Position numbers and translations under genes: made by a program. Shown here one piece after another: positions 1 through 10,629 of a stretch of DNA of 64,000 nt (position 1 is the stretch's first letter; each line of letters opens with the position of its first letter). The notes below the pieces were generated by a model. The model ran no database searches, was not told the origin of the DNA, and saw only the letters and a program-made list of their open reading frames with translations. The stretch comes from Raja brachyura (Eukaryota): assembly GCA_963514005.1 (NCBI GenBank), contig OY740782.1:150412001-150476000 (forward strand). The letters are read 5' to 3'.

Positions 1-160
1 ATTTGGAAACCATGTATCATTTACCTTCCACTTCACAATTATGCACCACTTTGTGTTGGCCTATCACATAAAATCCCAATAAAATACATATACATTTGTG
101 GTTGTAACGTGACAAAATGTGGAAAAGTTCAAGGGGTATGAAAACTTTTGCAAGCCACTG
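1..160. mobile_element. Tc1/mariner DNA transposon terminal inverted repeat end
   Basis: Ends ...AAAAGTTCAAGGGGTATGAAAACTTTTGCAAGCCACTG (CAGTG terminus typical of fish Tc1); abruptly interrupts a Rex1 reading frame. Confidence 0.75.
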
Positions 161-1120
161 TGTGAGTTTTTGTTGTCGAAGTGGTCCAGAGCGGAGTGGA
201 GAGCCAGCGAGATCGCATCCACCGTTGATCTGTTGTGGCGGTAAGTGAACTGCAGTGGGTCCAGGTTTTTGTCGAGGTAGGAGTTGATTTGCGCCATGAT
301 CAACCTCTCAAAGCACTCAATCACCACCGACGTTAGTGCCACTGGTTGATAGTCATTGAGACACGTCACCTTGGTCTTCTTGGGCACCGGTATTGTTGAT
401 GTCCTTTTAAAGCAGGTGGGAACCTCAGACCTCAGAAGCGAGAGGTTGAAAATGTCTGTAAAACTCCAGCCAGTTGGTCCGCACAGGTTTTTAGAACACG
501 ACCTGGTATACCATCAGGTCCATGCGCTTTTCAAGGTTTCACCCCTCTGAAGGATTTTCTGATGTCGGCCTCTGTGACTGTGACTGAAATACCATCACAG
601 CGAATGGGGGCTCGAGAAGGCACATCAGTGTTTTTCCTATCAAAGCGTGCGTAAAACGCATTGAGCTTGTCAGGGAGTGATGCTACGCCGACATTCGAGC
701 TGCCTCCTGATCTCGCCTTGTAGGAGGTGATTGCATTCAGGCCCCGCCACAGCTGCCGAACATCTGTCTCATCCTCCAGTGTGGAGCAGAAGTCCCTTTT
801 GGCCTTTTTGATGGCCTTACCAAGGTTGTATCTGGACTTCTTGTAGACCACTGTATCATCAGATATGAATGCCCGGTGTCTGGTCTTCAGAAGAGTGCGG
901 ATCTCAAAGTTCATCCAAGGCTTCTGATTGGGAAACACTTGGACATTTTTTATTGGGATGCAGTCCTCCACACATATCTTTAGGAAGTCAGTAACGACTG
1001 CGGCGTATTCATTCAGATCCGTTGCCGAGTCCCTGATCAATGTCCAGTCTACAGACTGCCCCCCCCCCCCCCCCCCCCCGACCAGCTCTGTACAGTCCTC
1101 ACCTCCGGGGGTACGCTCTT
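161..1120 (-). mobile_element. Rex1/Babar LINE fragment (linker and RT N-terminus, frameshifted)
   Basis: FPNQKPWMN, LNAFYARFD, CLNDYQPVALTSVVIECFERL, LDPLQFTYRHNRSTVDAI. Confidence 0.85.
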
Positions 1121-1928
1121 CAATTACTGCCTCGGACTCCATCAAAACGAGGAAGCCTAACGTCCTTCCTAAACCGCACGTCAAAAACCTTGGTGTGATA
1201 TTTGACTCCGCTTTGAAGTTTGACAAACAAGTCAATGCTGTGGTAAAAGCTAGCTTCTTCCAGCTTCGCACGATAGCTAAAATCAAACCATTCCTCCAAT
1301 TCAACGACCTTGAAAAGATCATCCACGCATTTATCTCCTCCCGCCTTGATTACTGCAACTCCCTTTACACTGGCATTAGCCAATCATCCCTGTCCCGCCT
1401 GCAATTGGTCCAAAATGCCGCAGCGAGACTCCTGACGGGCACCCGTAAAAGGGACCACATCACCCCGATTCTGGCCTCTCTTCACTGGCTCCCAGTATGG
1501 TACAGAATCAATTTCAAGCTCCTCCTATATGTATACAAAGCCCTTACCGGGCTTGCCCCCACCTATATCAAAAACCTGCTAACCCACCATTCTACCTCCA
1601 GGTCCCTCAGGTCAGCCGACTTGGGGTTACTGACTATCCTGCGGTCCAGGTTTAAGCTCAGGGGCGACCGCGCTTTTGCAGTTGCAGCGCCTAGACTGTG
1701 GAACAACATCCCTCTCCTCATCAGAACTGCCCCCTCCATCGACTCCTTTAAGTCGTCACTTAAAACTTATTTCTACTCTCAAGCCTTTCTTGAGGGAGCG
1801 CTGTATGTATGTATTTATGTATGTATTGTTAGATCTATGTACCATTGTATGTAGCACATTAGTACCTGCACTTTGGTCAACGTGAGTTGTTTTTAAATGT
1901 GCTATAGAAATAAAATTGACTTGACTTG
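1121..1928 (+). mobile_element. L2 LINE 3' fragment
   Basis: VKNLGVIFD, HAFISSRLDYCNSL, LQLVQNAAARLLT, HITPILASLHWLPV; AATAAA followed by a (TTGAC)n tail. Confidence 0.9.
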
Positions 1929-2154
1929 CGATTTTAGCTTAATACGAGCATTAGGACCCTGCGTACTCTTTGCATCTCGTGCAACAAGGGGCGTTTCCAT
2001 TCAGTGTTGCCCAGAGGGAGCCTGCATCTGCTGCCATCTCGTGGTGCATATTTGTATTGCAGATTTTTGATTTAGATTGAATTTCGAACATTACCTGCGA
2101 CCAGAGGATGGTGCTATGACCACTCGGTTGCCACTGATACAGATATTTTTTTCG

Positions 2155-2500
2155 TTAGCATAGTTTAGCTTCCTTTATTGTCACGTTTACAGAGGAATAG
2201 TGAAAAGCTTTTGTTGCGTGCTAACTATTCAGCGGAAAGGTTATACATAACTACCATCTAGCCATCCACAGAGTACAGATACGTGATAAAGAGAATGATG
2301 TTTGGTGCATGATAAAGCCCAGTAAACTCCACTTAAATATAGTCCAAGGGTCCCCAATAAGGGAGAGAGTAGCTCAGGCCCACACTCTCGTTGCTGATAG
2401 AATCATTCAGTTCCCTGATAACAGCCGGAAATAAATTGTTCCTGAATCTGGAGTCTTGTGTTTTCACACTTCTCTACCTCTTGCCTGATGGGGGAGGGGA
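2155..2500 (-). mobile_element. Rex1-type 3' end remnant
   Basis: TGACAATAAA plus short tandem tail on the minus strand; resembles the 3' end at 24990-25480. Confidence 0.45.
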
Positions 2501-3004
2501 GACGATATGTCGCCATACATTTTTATTCATATTTATTATACCGGATCACGTGTTACCTCGCAATTGTACCCACATATGTCTCTTTTCTCCCAGGCAGCCA
2601 TTCGCGTTCGAGGTTACCTTGCTTCCACTCTAGGCCTAGAATTATTGATCATGCCAATGTGGGAACGGGGGGGTCTTTTCCAGAAGAGGCCGGAGGTGTC
2701 TGAAGGAGTGGGTAGGTGGGATGTTAGTGATGTGATGTACTCCAGACAGTGCTTAAAATATATTGTCCCTGTATTTTAACACTCAATACAGTCCCATTCC
2801 GTAGCGTTCCGTATCCTGATGCGAACTCAAGAATTATCTTGAAAACAGTATTATCCCTGTCACCTGACATACTTGGTTTCACACATTTATGTTACAATAC
2901 ATATTGGTAATATAGAAACTCTTTCTGCCCGGATTAAACGAGGCTGTTAACTATTTATACGGGATTAATCCTATTCTTGTTGTACTACAAACTGGTAAAG
3001 TTGA

Positions 3005-4360
3005 AGGCCCGTACGAAGCTTTTCAAAAAGGGGGGTGGCATGACAGGATTATAAAAAATTTATGTGAATTAATGTGCGTGCAGCGCACATCACGAGCGTG
3101 AAGCCCCTCGCGGCCGGGGTTTTAGATGATCTCTGCTGCCCTCTGAGCCTTATTTTGGAGCATTGTTGCACCAAATTTATGACCAATATTTCAGAAATAA
3201 TGTGGTGGAGTCAAGATTAATAATTGCAGAGCTGCCAAGTTTCACTGAGCATTTCCGTATTTTGATGGGTGAAAATCAGTATTTTGTTGGGGAAATCGGT
3301 ATTTCTCACAAATACAATGGAACGTACTACACAGAAACAGGATTTTTGAAAAATCAGTGGTTTACATGCAACCTCATGTATTCTCAAATATTATTATGGA
3401 ATACTGAAAATCAGTACTACTGAATTGTGAAACCATTTTTGAAATGTGAATTTATAATTCTTGATTTTGATTCCATAACATAAAAATATACATACATTTC
3501 ACAATTCATCATATAGTTTACCAAACAATCACACATGCTGGCATGATGCTGCATAATCATCAGGTGCTCCTGGATGTATAGTGCCATTTACCCCTACTAC
3601 TAATGCAAAGGCATTCGTTGGCCTTAGCCTATATGCCATTCCTGGTTCCACGAATATAGCACCTCAGACCAGTTTATCCAGCATGGCAGTCCTCAGTTTG
3701 TTAATGCTATCAAAGCATGTGTCGTTCCGCAGTACACTGATGTAGGTGGCCCTACTTCTACCTCTTCTTGCAGTGACATGTTTGGTCTCCCGAAGTGTGA
3801 CTTTATCTTTAATCGCAGTCCTCAGTTCGTTAACACTGTCCAAGGCCTGTGTCATTCCGCAGCTAGTACACTGATGTAGATAGCCTGACTTCTACCTCTT
3901 CTTGCAGTGCCCATTTTGGGCTCCCAAAGTGTGAGGGGATTAGAAGACAGTTCAGGATTCCTCTCACAGACTTTGACAACACTCTTGGCAGACCAGCATA
4001 TATTGCCATTTAGCCATAAATCACATTTTCCAGTTCCATTTTCCGAGAATGTAACTGTGGAAACCTCGTCACCACTTTGCCCACGTCATGGGCAAAGGCA
4101 TAGTGAATGTACATTAAGGTGAGTGCAGACAGCCTGTCATTGCTCATGGAAGTCCTGGGTAGTGATCCAGGCGACGGACACATGTGGCACGCCTGCATAT
4201 GTTGCCATTTAGCCAGAATTCATGTTTTCCAGTTCCATTTTCCAAAAATGTAACTACGCAAACCTAGTCACAACTTTATCCAAGTTATGGGCAAAGTCAT
4301 AGTGAATGTGGATTAAGGTGACTGCAGACAGGTGATTGAATGGAAGTCCTGGTCTTTGCT
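3005..4360 (-). mobile_element. hAT-superfamily DNA transposon remnant (right end and transposase C-terminus, internally duplicated)
   Basis: RTSMSNDRLSALTLMYIHY...VVTRFPQLHSRKMEL resembles the hAT dimerisation-domain end. This block occurs twice (about 4000-4160 and 4200-4350). Positions 3005-3495 recur at 35870-36300. Confidence 0.7.
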
Positions 4361-4880
4361 TCTTCATTGATGAGAAAACGTGTTTGTTCACGTTGGCTGG
4401 ATCAAAGTAAGAAGCCGAGCGAGATTGCGCTCACTGCAAGCATGCCGCCCAAGTCGAGCATCTCTCTGCCGATCAGGCTCATGACCAAAGGTCCCAGCTA
4501 CTTTCGCAGTCAAATAGAGGGGGACAGGTGGGGTCAGCAGAGCGCCGTGATGAGACCTTGCCGCTGCCGACAAGGCCAAGTACTTGAAGAGCCAGACGGC
4601 GAGTGGGTACAAAGTGGAGCCCAATGGTTTGGGCAGCTCTGCCCCGAGGAAGGCAGCAGCAGCGGGGCCAGCAGCAACACGAAGACTTACCTGACCTCCA
4701 GCAGAGCGGGCAGCTGGTGCTCTGACATTGTGCCTCCTGACATCGAGCCGCCTGACATCGTGCAGGACACGATACTTTCCCTTTGGTTCTGGATTCTCCA
4801 CAATCCCAACAGGTTGAATTCATTCTCCAGTTTCACTCTGTGGTGTTTTCCAATGCCGCCAACTCTTGGTTGAGAAGGCA

Positions 4881-5050
4881 ATCAATAGACAATAGGTGCA
4901 GGAGTAGGCCATTTGGCCCTTCGAGCCAGCACCGCCATTCAATGTGATCATGACTGATCATCCACAATCAGTACCCCTTTCCTGCCTTTTCCCCATATCC
5001 CCTGACTCCGCTATCTTTAAGAGCCCTACCTAGCTCTCTCTTGAAAGCAT
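4881..5050 (-). mobile_element. CR1 (HER1-type) 3' tail
   Basis: Same 3' UTR and (CAATAGA)n tail as the other CR1 copies in the window. Confidence 0.8.
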
Positions 5051-5063
5051 TGAAAACTCTCTT

Positions 5064-8000
5064 GAGAGTTTGAGTCTGAGAGTTTGAGTTTGAGAATTTG
5101 AGAGTTTAAGTTTGAGAGTTTGAGAGTTTGAGTTTGATTGTTTGATGGTTTGAGTTTGAGAGTTTGAGTTTGCGTGTTTGCGTTTGAGAGTTTCAGAGAT
5201 TGAGTTTGAGTTTGAGAGTTTGTGTGTTTGAGAATTTGTGTTTGAGAGTTTGAGTCTGAGAGTTTGAGTGTTTGAGGTTGAGTGTTTGAGGTTGAGTGTT
5301 TGAGTTTGAGAGTTGGAGAGTTTGAGTTTGAGAGTTTGAGTCTGAGAGTGTGAGTTTGAGTTTGATTTTGAGAGTTTGAGTCTGAGAGTGTGAGTTTGAG
5401 TTTGATTTTGAGAGTTTGAGAGTTTGAGTTTTAGAGTTTGTAAGAGTTTGAGTGTTTGAGTGTGAGTGTTTGAGTGTGAGAGTTTGAGTTTGAGAGTTTG
5501 AGTTTGAGTTTGAGAGTTTGAGTTTGTGTGAGTGAGAATTTGAGAGTTTCAGAGTTTCAGAGATTGAGTTTGAGAGCTTGGGTTTCAGGGTTTGAGTCTG
5601 AGAGTTTGAGTTTGAATTTGAGTGTTTGAGTTTGAGAGGTTGAGAGTTTGAATTTGAGTTTGAGAGTTTGAGTTTGAGCGTTTGAGAGTTTGGGTCTGAG
5701 AGTTTGAGAGTTTAAGTTTGAGAGTTTAAGTTTGAGTTTGAGAGTTTGAAAGTTTGAGTTTGAGTGTTTGAGTGTTTGAGTTTGAGAGTTTGAGAGTTTA
5801 AGTCAGTTAGAGTTTGAGAGTTAGAGTTCTAGAGTTTGAGTTTGAGTGAGAGTTTGATAGTTTGAGGTTGTGAGTTTGAGTTTGAGTGTGAGAGTGAGTT
5901 TGAGAGTTTGAGAGTTTGAGTGTTTGAGTTTTAGAGTTTGAGAGTTTGGGAGTTTGAGAGTTTATGTTAGTTAGTTAGTTAGAGTTTGAGAGTTATAGTT
6001 AGAGTTTGAGTTTGAGTTTGTGTTTGAGTGTTTGAGTTCGAGAATTTGAGTTTCAGAGTTTGACAGTTTGAGTTTGACAGTTTGAGTTTGGGAGTTTGAG
6101 TTTGAGAATTTGAGTTTGAGAGTTTGATTTTGGGTGAGTTTGAGAGATTAAGTTTGAGACTTTGAGTGGGAGTTTGATAGTTTGAGTTTGAGAGTTTGAG
6201 TTTGCGTGTTTGTGTTTGAGAGTTTCAGAGATTGAGTTTGAGAGTTTGTGTGTTTGAGAATTTGTGTTTGAGAGTTTGAGTCTGATAGTTTGAGTTTGAG
6301 AGTGTGAGTTTGAGTTTGATTTTGAGAGTTTGAGAGTTTGAGTTTTAGAGTTTGAGAGAGTGTGAGTGTTTGAGTGTGAGAGTTTGAGTTTGTGAGTTTG
6401 AGTTTGAGTTTGAGAGTTTCAGAGTTTCAGAGATTGAGTTTGAGAGCTTGAGTTTCAGGGTTTGAGTTTAGAGTTTGAGTCTGAGAGTTTGTAAGAGTTT
6501 GAGTGTTTGAGTGTGAGTGTTTGAGTGTGAGAGTTTGAGTTTGAGCGTTTGAGAGTTTAAGTTTGAGAGTTTGAGAGTTTGAGAGTTTGAAAGTTTGAGT
6601 GTGAGAGTTTGAGTTTGAGAGTTTGAGAGTTTAAGTCAGTTAGAGTTTGAGAGTTAGAGTTCTAGAGTTTGAGTTTTAGTGAGAGTTTGATAGTTTGAGG
6701 TTGTGAGTTTGAGTTTGAGTGTGAGAGTGAGTTTGAGAGTTTGAGAGTTTGAGTGTTTGAGTTTTAGAGTTTGAGAGTTTGGGAGTTTGAGAGTTTATGT
6801 TAGTTAGTTAGTTAGAGTTTGATATTTATAGTTAGAGTTTGAGTTTGAGTTTGTGTTTGAGTGTTTGAGTTCGAGAATTTGAGTTTCAGAGTTTGAGAGT
6901 TTGAGTTTGAGAGGGTGAGTTTGACAGTTTGAGTTTGACAGTTTGAGTTTGGGAGTTTGAGTTTGAGAGTTTGATTTTGGGTGAGTTTGAGAGTTTGATT
7001 TTGAGAGTTTGAGTGGGAGTTTGAGTTTGAGAGTTTGAGTTTGAGAGTTTGAGTTTCAGAGTTTGAGATTGAGTTTGAGAATTTGAGTTTCAGAGTTTGA
7101 GTGTTTGAGAGTTTGTGTTTGAGAGTTTGAGTTTGTGAGTTTGAGTTTGAGAGTTTGAGAATTTGAATGTTTGAGAGTTTTAGTTTCACAGTGTGAAAGT
7201 TTGAGTTTTAGAGTTTGAGTGAGAGTTTGAGTGTTTGAGTTTGAGTGAGAGTTTGAGTGTTTGAGTTTGAGTGTTTGAGTTTCAGTGTTTGTGTGTGAGT
7301 GTTTGAGAGTTGGAGTGAGAGTTAGAGATGTTGAGTTTGAGAGTTTGAGTTTGAGAGTTTGTGTTTGAGAGTTTGAGTCTAAGAGTTTGAGTTTGAGAGT
7401 GAGTTTGAGTGTTTGAGTTTGATAGTTTGAGTTTGAGAGTTTGAGAGATTGATTTTGAGAGTTTGTGTGTAGAGTTTGAGTTTGAGAGTTTGAGAGATTG
7501 ATTTTGAGAGTTTGAGTTTGAGAATTTGAGTGTTTGAGTTTGAGAGTTTGAGAGTTTTAGTTAGAGTTAGTTAGAGTTTGAGAGTTAGAGTTTGAGGGTT
7601 TGAGTTTGAAAGTTTGAGTTTGAGAGTTTGTGTTTGAGAGTTTGAGAGTTTGAGTGAGTGAGAGTTTGAATGTTTGAGTTTGAGAATTTGAGAGTTTGAG
7701 AGTTTAAGTTAGAGTTAGTTAGAGTTAGAGTTTGAGAGTTTGAGAGTTAAAGTTTGACTGAGAGTTTGACTGAGAGTTTGAGTGAGATTTTGAGAGTTTG
7801 AGTTTGAGAGTTTGAGTTTGAGTTTGAGAGTTTCAGAGATTGAGTTTGAGAGTGAGAGTTTGAGATTGAGTTTGAGAGTTTCAGTTTGAGTTTGAGAATT
7901 TGAGTTTGAGAGTTTGAGTGTTGGAGAGTTTGTGTTTGAGAGTTTAAGTCTGAGAGTTTGAGAGTTTGAGTGAGAGTTTGAGAGTTTGAGTGAAAGTTTG

Positions 8001-10394
8001 AGTGTGAGTTTGAGTGTTTGAGAGTTTGAGTGTTTGAGAGTTTGAGTGTTTGAGTTTGAGAGTTAGAGTTTGAGTGTTTGAGTGTGAGTGTTTGAGAGTT
8101 TGAGTGTTTGAGTTTGAGAGTTTGAGATTGAGTTTGAGTTTGAGTTTGAGATTTGAGTGTTTGAGAGTTTGTGTTTGAGAGTTTGAGTTTGAGAGTTTGT
8201 GTTTGAGAGTTTGAATGAGAGTTTGAGATTTTGAGTTTGAGAGTGAGAGTTTGAGAGTTTGGGAGTTTGGGAGTTTGAGTTAGTTAGAGTTAGTTAGAGT
8301 TTGAGAATTAGAGTTTGAGTTTGAGAGTTTGAGTGAGAGATTGATTGTTTGAGGTTGTGAGTTTGAGTTTGAGAGTTTGAGTTTGAGAGTTTGAGTTTTA
8401 GAATTGGAGTGAGAGTTTGAGTGTTTGAGTGTGAGTGTTTGAGTTTGAGAGTTTGAGTTTGAGAGTTTGAGTTTGAGAGGTTGAGTTTGAGAGATTGAGA
8501 GTTTGAGTTTGAGAGATTGAGAGTTTGAGTTTGAGAGATTGAGTTTGAGAGATTGAGTTTGAGAGTTTTGAGTGAGAGTTTGAGTTTGAGAATTTGAGTT
8601 TGAGAGTTTGAGTGTTTAAGAGTTTGTGTTTGAGAGTTTGAGTCTGAGAGTCTGAGTTTGAGAGTGAGTTTGAGTGTTTGAGTTTGATAGTTTGAGTTTG
8701 AGAGTTTGAGAGATTGATTTTGAGAGTTTGAGTTTGAGAATTTGAGTGTTTGAGAGTTTGAGAGTTTTAGTTAGTTAGAGTTAGTTAGAGTTTGAGAGTT
8801 AGAATTTGAAAGTTAGAGTTTGAGTTTGAGAGTTTGAGTTTGAGATATGGAGTTTGAGAGTTTGTGTTTGAGAGTTTCAGAGATTGAGTTTGAGAGTGAG
8901 AGTTTGAGATTGAGTTTGTGTTTGAGAGTTTGAGTTTGAGAGTTTGAGTTTGAGTTTGAGAGTTTGAGTTTGGGAGGTTGAGAGTTTGAGTTTGAGAGTT
9001 TGTGTTTGAGAGTTTGAGAGTTTGGGAGTTTGGGAGTTTGAGTTAGTTAGAGTTAGTTAGAGTTTGAGAGTTAGAGTTTGAGTTTGAGAGTTTGAGTGAG
9101 AGTTTGATTGTTTGAGGATGTGAGTTTGAGTTTGAGTTTGAGAGGTTGAGAGTTTGAGTTTGAGAGTTTGAGTTTTAGAGTTGGAGTGAGATTTTGAGGT
9201 TTGAATGTGAGTGTTTGAGTTTGAGAGTTTGAGTTTGAGAGGTTGAGAGTTTGAGTTTGAGAGATTGAGTTTGAGAGATTGAGTTTGAGAGTTTGAGTGA
9301 GAGTTTGAGTTTGAGAATTTGAGTTTGAGAGTTTGTGTTTGAGAGTTTGAATGAGAGTTTGAGATTTTGAGTTTGAGAGTGAGAGTTTGAGAGTTTGAGA
9401 GTTTGGGAGTTTGGGAGTTTGAGTTAGTTAGAGTTTGAGAGTTAGAGTTTGAGTTTGGGAGTTTTGAGTGAGAGTTTGATTGTTTGAGGTTGTGAGTTTG
9501 AGTTTGAGTGTTTGAGAGTTTGAGGTTGAGAGTTTGAGTTTTAGAGTTGGTGTGAGAGTTTGAGTGTTTGAGTGTGAGTGTTTGAGTTTGAGAGTTTGAG
9601 TGTTTGAGTTTGAGTGTTTGAGTTTGAGAGGTTGAGTTTGAGAGGTTGAGTTTGAGAGGTTGAGTTTGAGAGATGGAGTTTGAGAGTTTGAGTGAGAGTT
9701 TGAGTTTGGGAATTTGAGTTTGAGAGTTTGAGTGTTTTAGAGTTTGTGTTTGAGAGTTTGAGTCTGAGAGTTTGAGTTTGAGAGTGAGTTTGAGTGTTTG
9801 AGAGATTGATTTTGAGAGTTTGTGTGTAGAGTTTGAGTTTGAGAGTTTGAGAGATTGATTTTGAGAGTTTGAGTTTGAGAATTTGAGTGTTTGAGTTTGA
9901 GAGTTTGAGAGTTTTAGTTAGTTAGAGTTAGTTAGAGTTTGAGAGTTAGAGTTTGAGAGTTAGAATTTGAAAGTTAGAGTTTGAGTTTGAGAGTTTGTGT
10001 TTGAGAGTTTGAATAAGAGTTTGAGATTTTGAGTTTGAGAGTTTGGGAGTTTGGGAGTTTGAGTTTGAGTTTTAGAGTTGGAGTGAGAGTTTGAGTGTTT
10101 GAGTGTTTGAGTGTTTGAGTTTGAGTGTTTGAGTTTGAGAGTTTGAGTTTGAGAGGTTGAGAGTTTGAGTTTGAGAGATTGAGTTTGAGAGATTGAGTTT
10201 GAGAGTTTGAGTTTGAGTTTGAGTTTGAGAATTTGAGTTTGAGTGAGAGTTTGAGTGTGTGAGTTTGAGTGTTTGAGTTTGAGAGTTTGAGTTTGAGAGT
10301 TTGAGGTCATGAGTTTGAGTTTGAGAGTTTGAGTTTGAGAGTTTAATAGTTTGAGAGTTTGAGAGTTAGAGATTTTGAGAGTTTGATTTTGAGT
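5064..10394. repeat. 5.3-kb degenerate satellite of GAGTTT/GAGAGTTT units with higher-order duplications
   Basis: Plus strand nearly lacks C. Diagnostic variants recur, e.g. TTTATGTTAGTTAGTTAG at about 5961 and 6794. Confidence 0.97.
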
Positions 10395-10629
10395 AAGATT
10401 TTTTTTAAAGCCGACTGTCTGTCATATTACTCACGACACGTGCCTGAATATGACTAATTTATAATTATATATTTATATTTCTATGAAAATTGTTCGTAAT
10501 TGGGCCCGGCACCTCCTAAGGCTGGCCCTGCGGAGGCCAATTCACTGGATGTTTCCAAGAGAGAGCTAGATATACCGTTTGGGGCTAACGGAATCAAGGG
10601 ATATGGGGATAAAGCAGCAATGGGAAAAT

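Noticed and set aside
2575-2780. Good plus-strand acceptor followed by GSHS... (V- or MHC-like exon start)
   Set aside because: No domain motifs follow in any frame.
6812-10310. ORFs rich in LKLKLSNS/QTQT
   Set aside because: Translations of the satellite; no evidence of coding function.
5064-10394. Telomere or CRISPR-like interpretation of the array
   Set aside because: The unit is not TTAGGG and there are no unique spacers.
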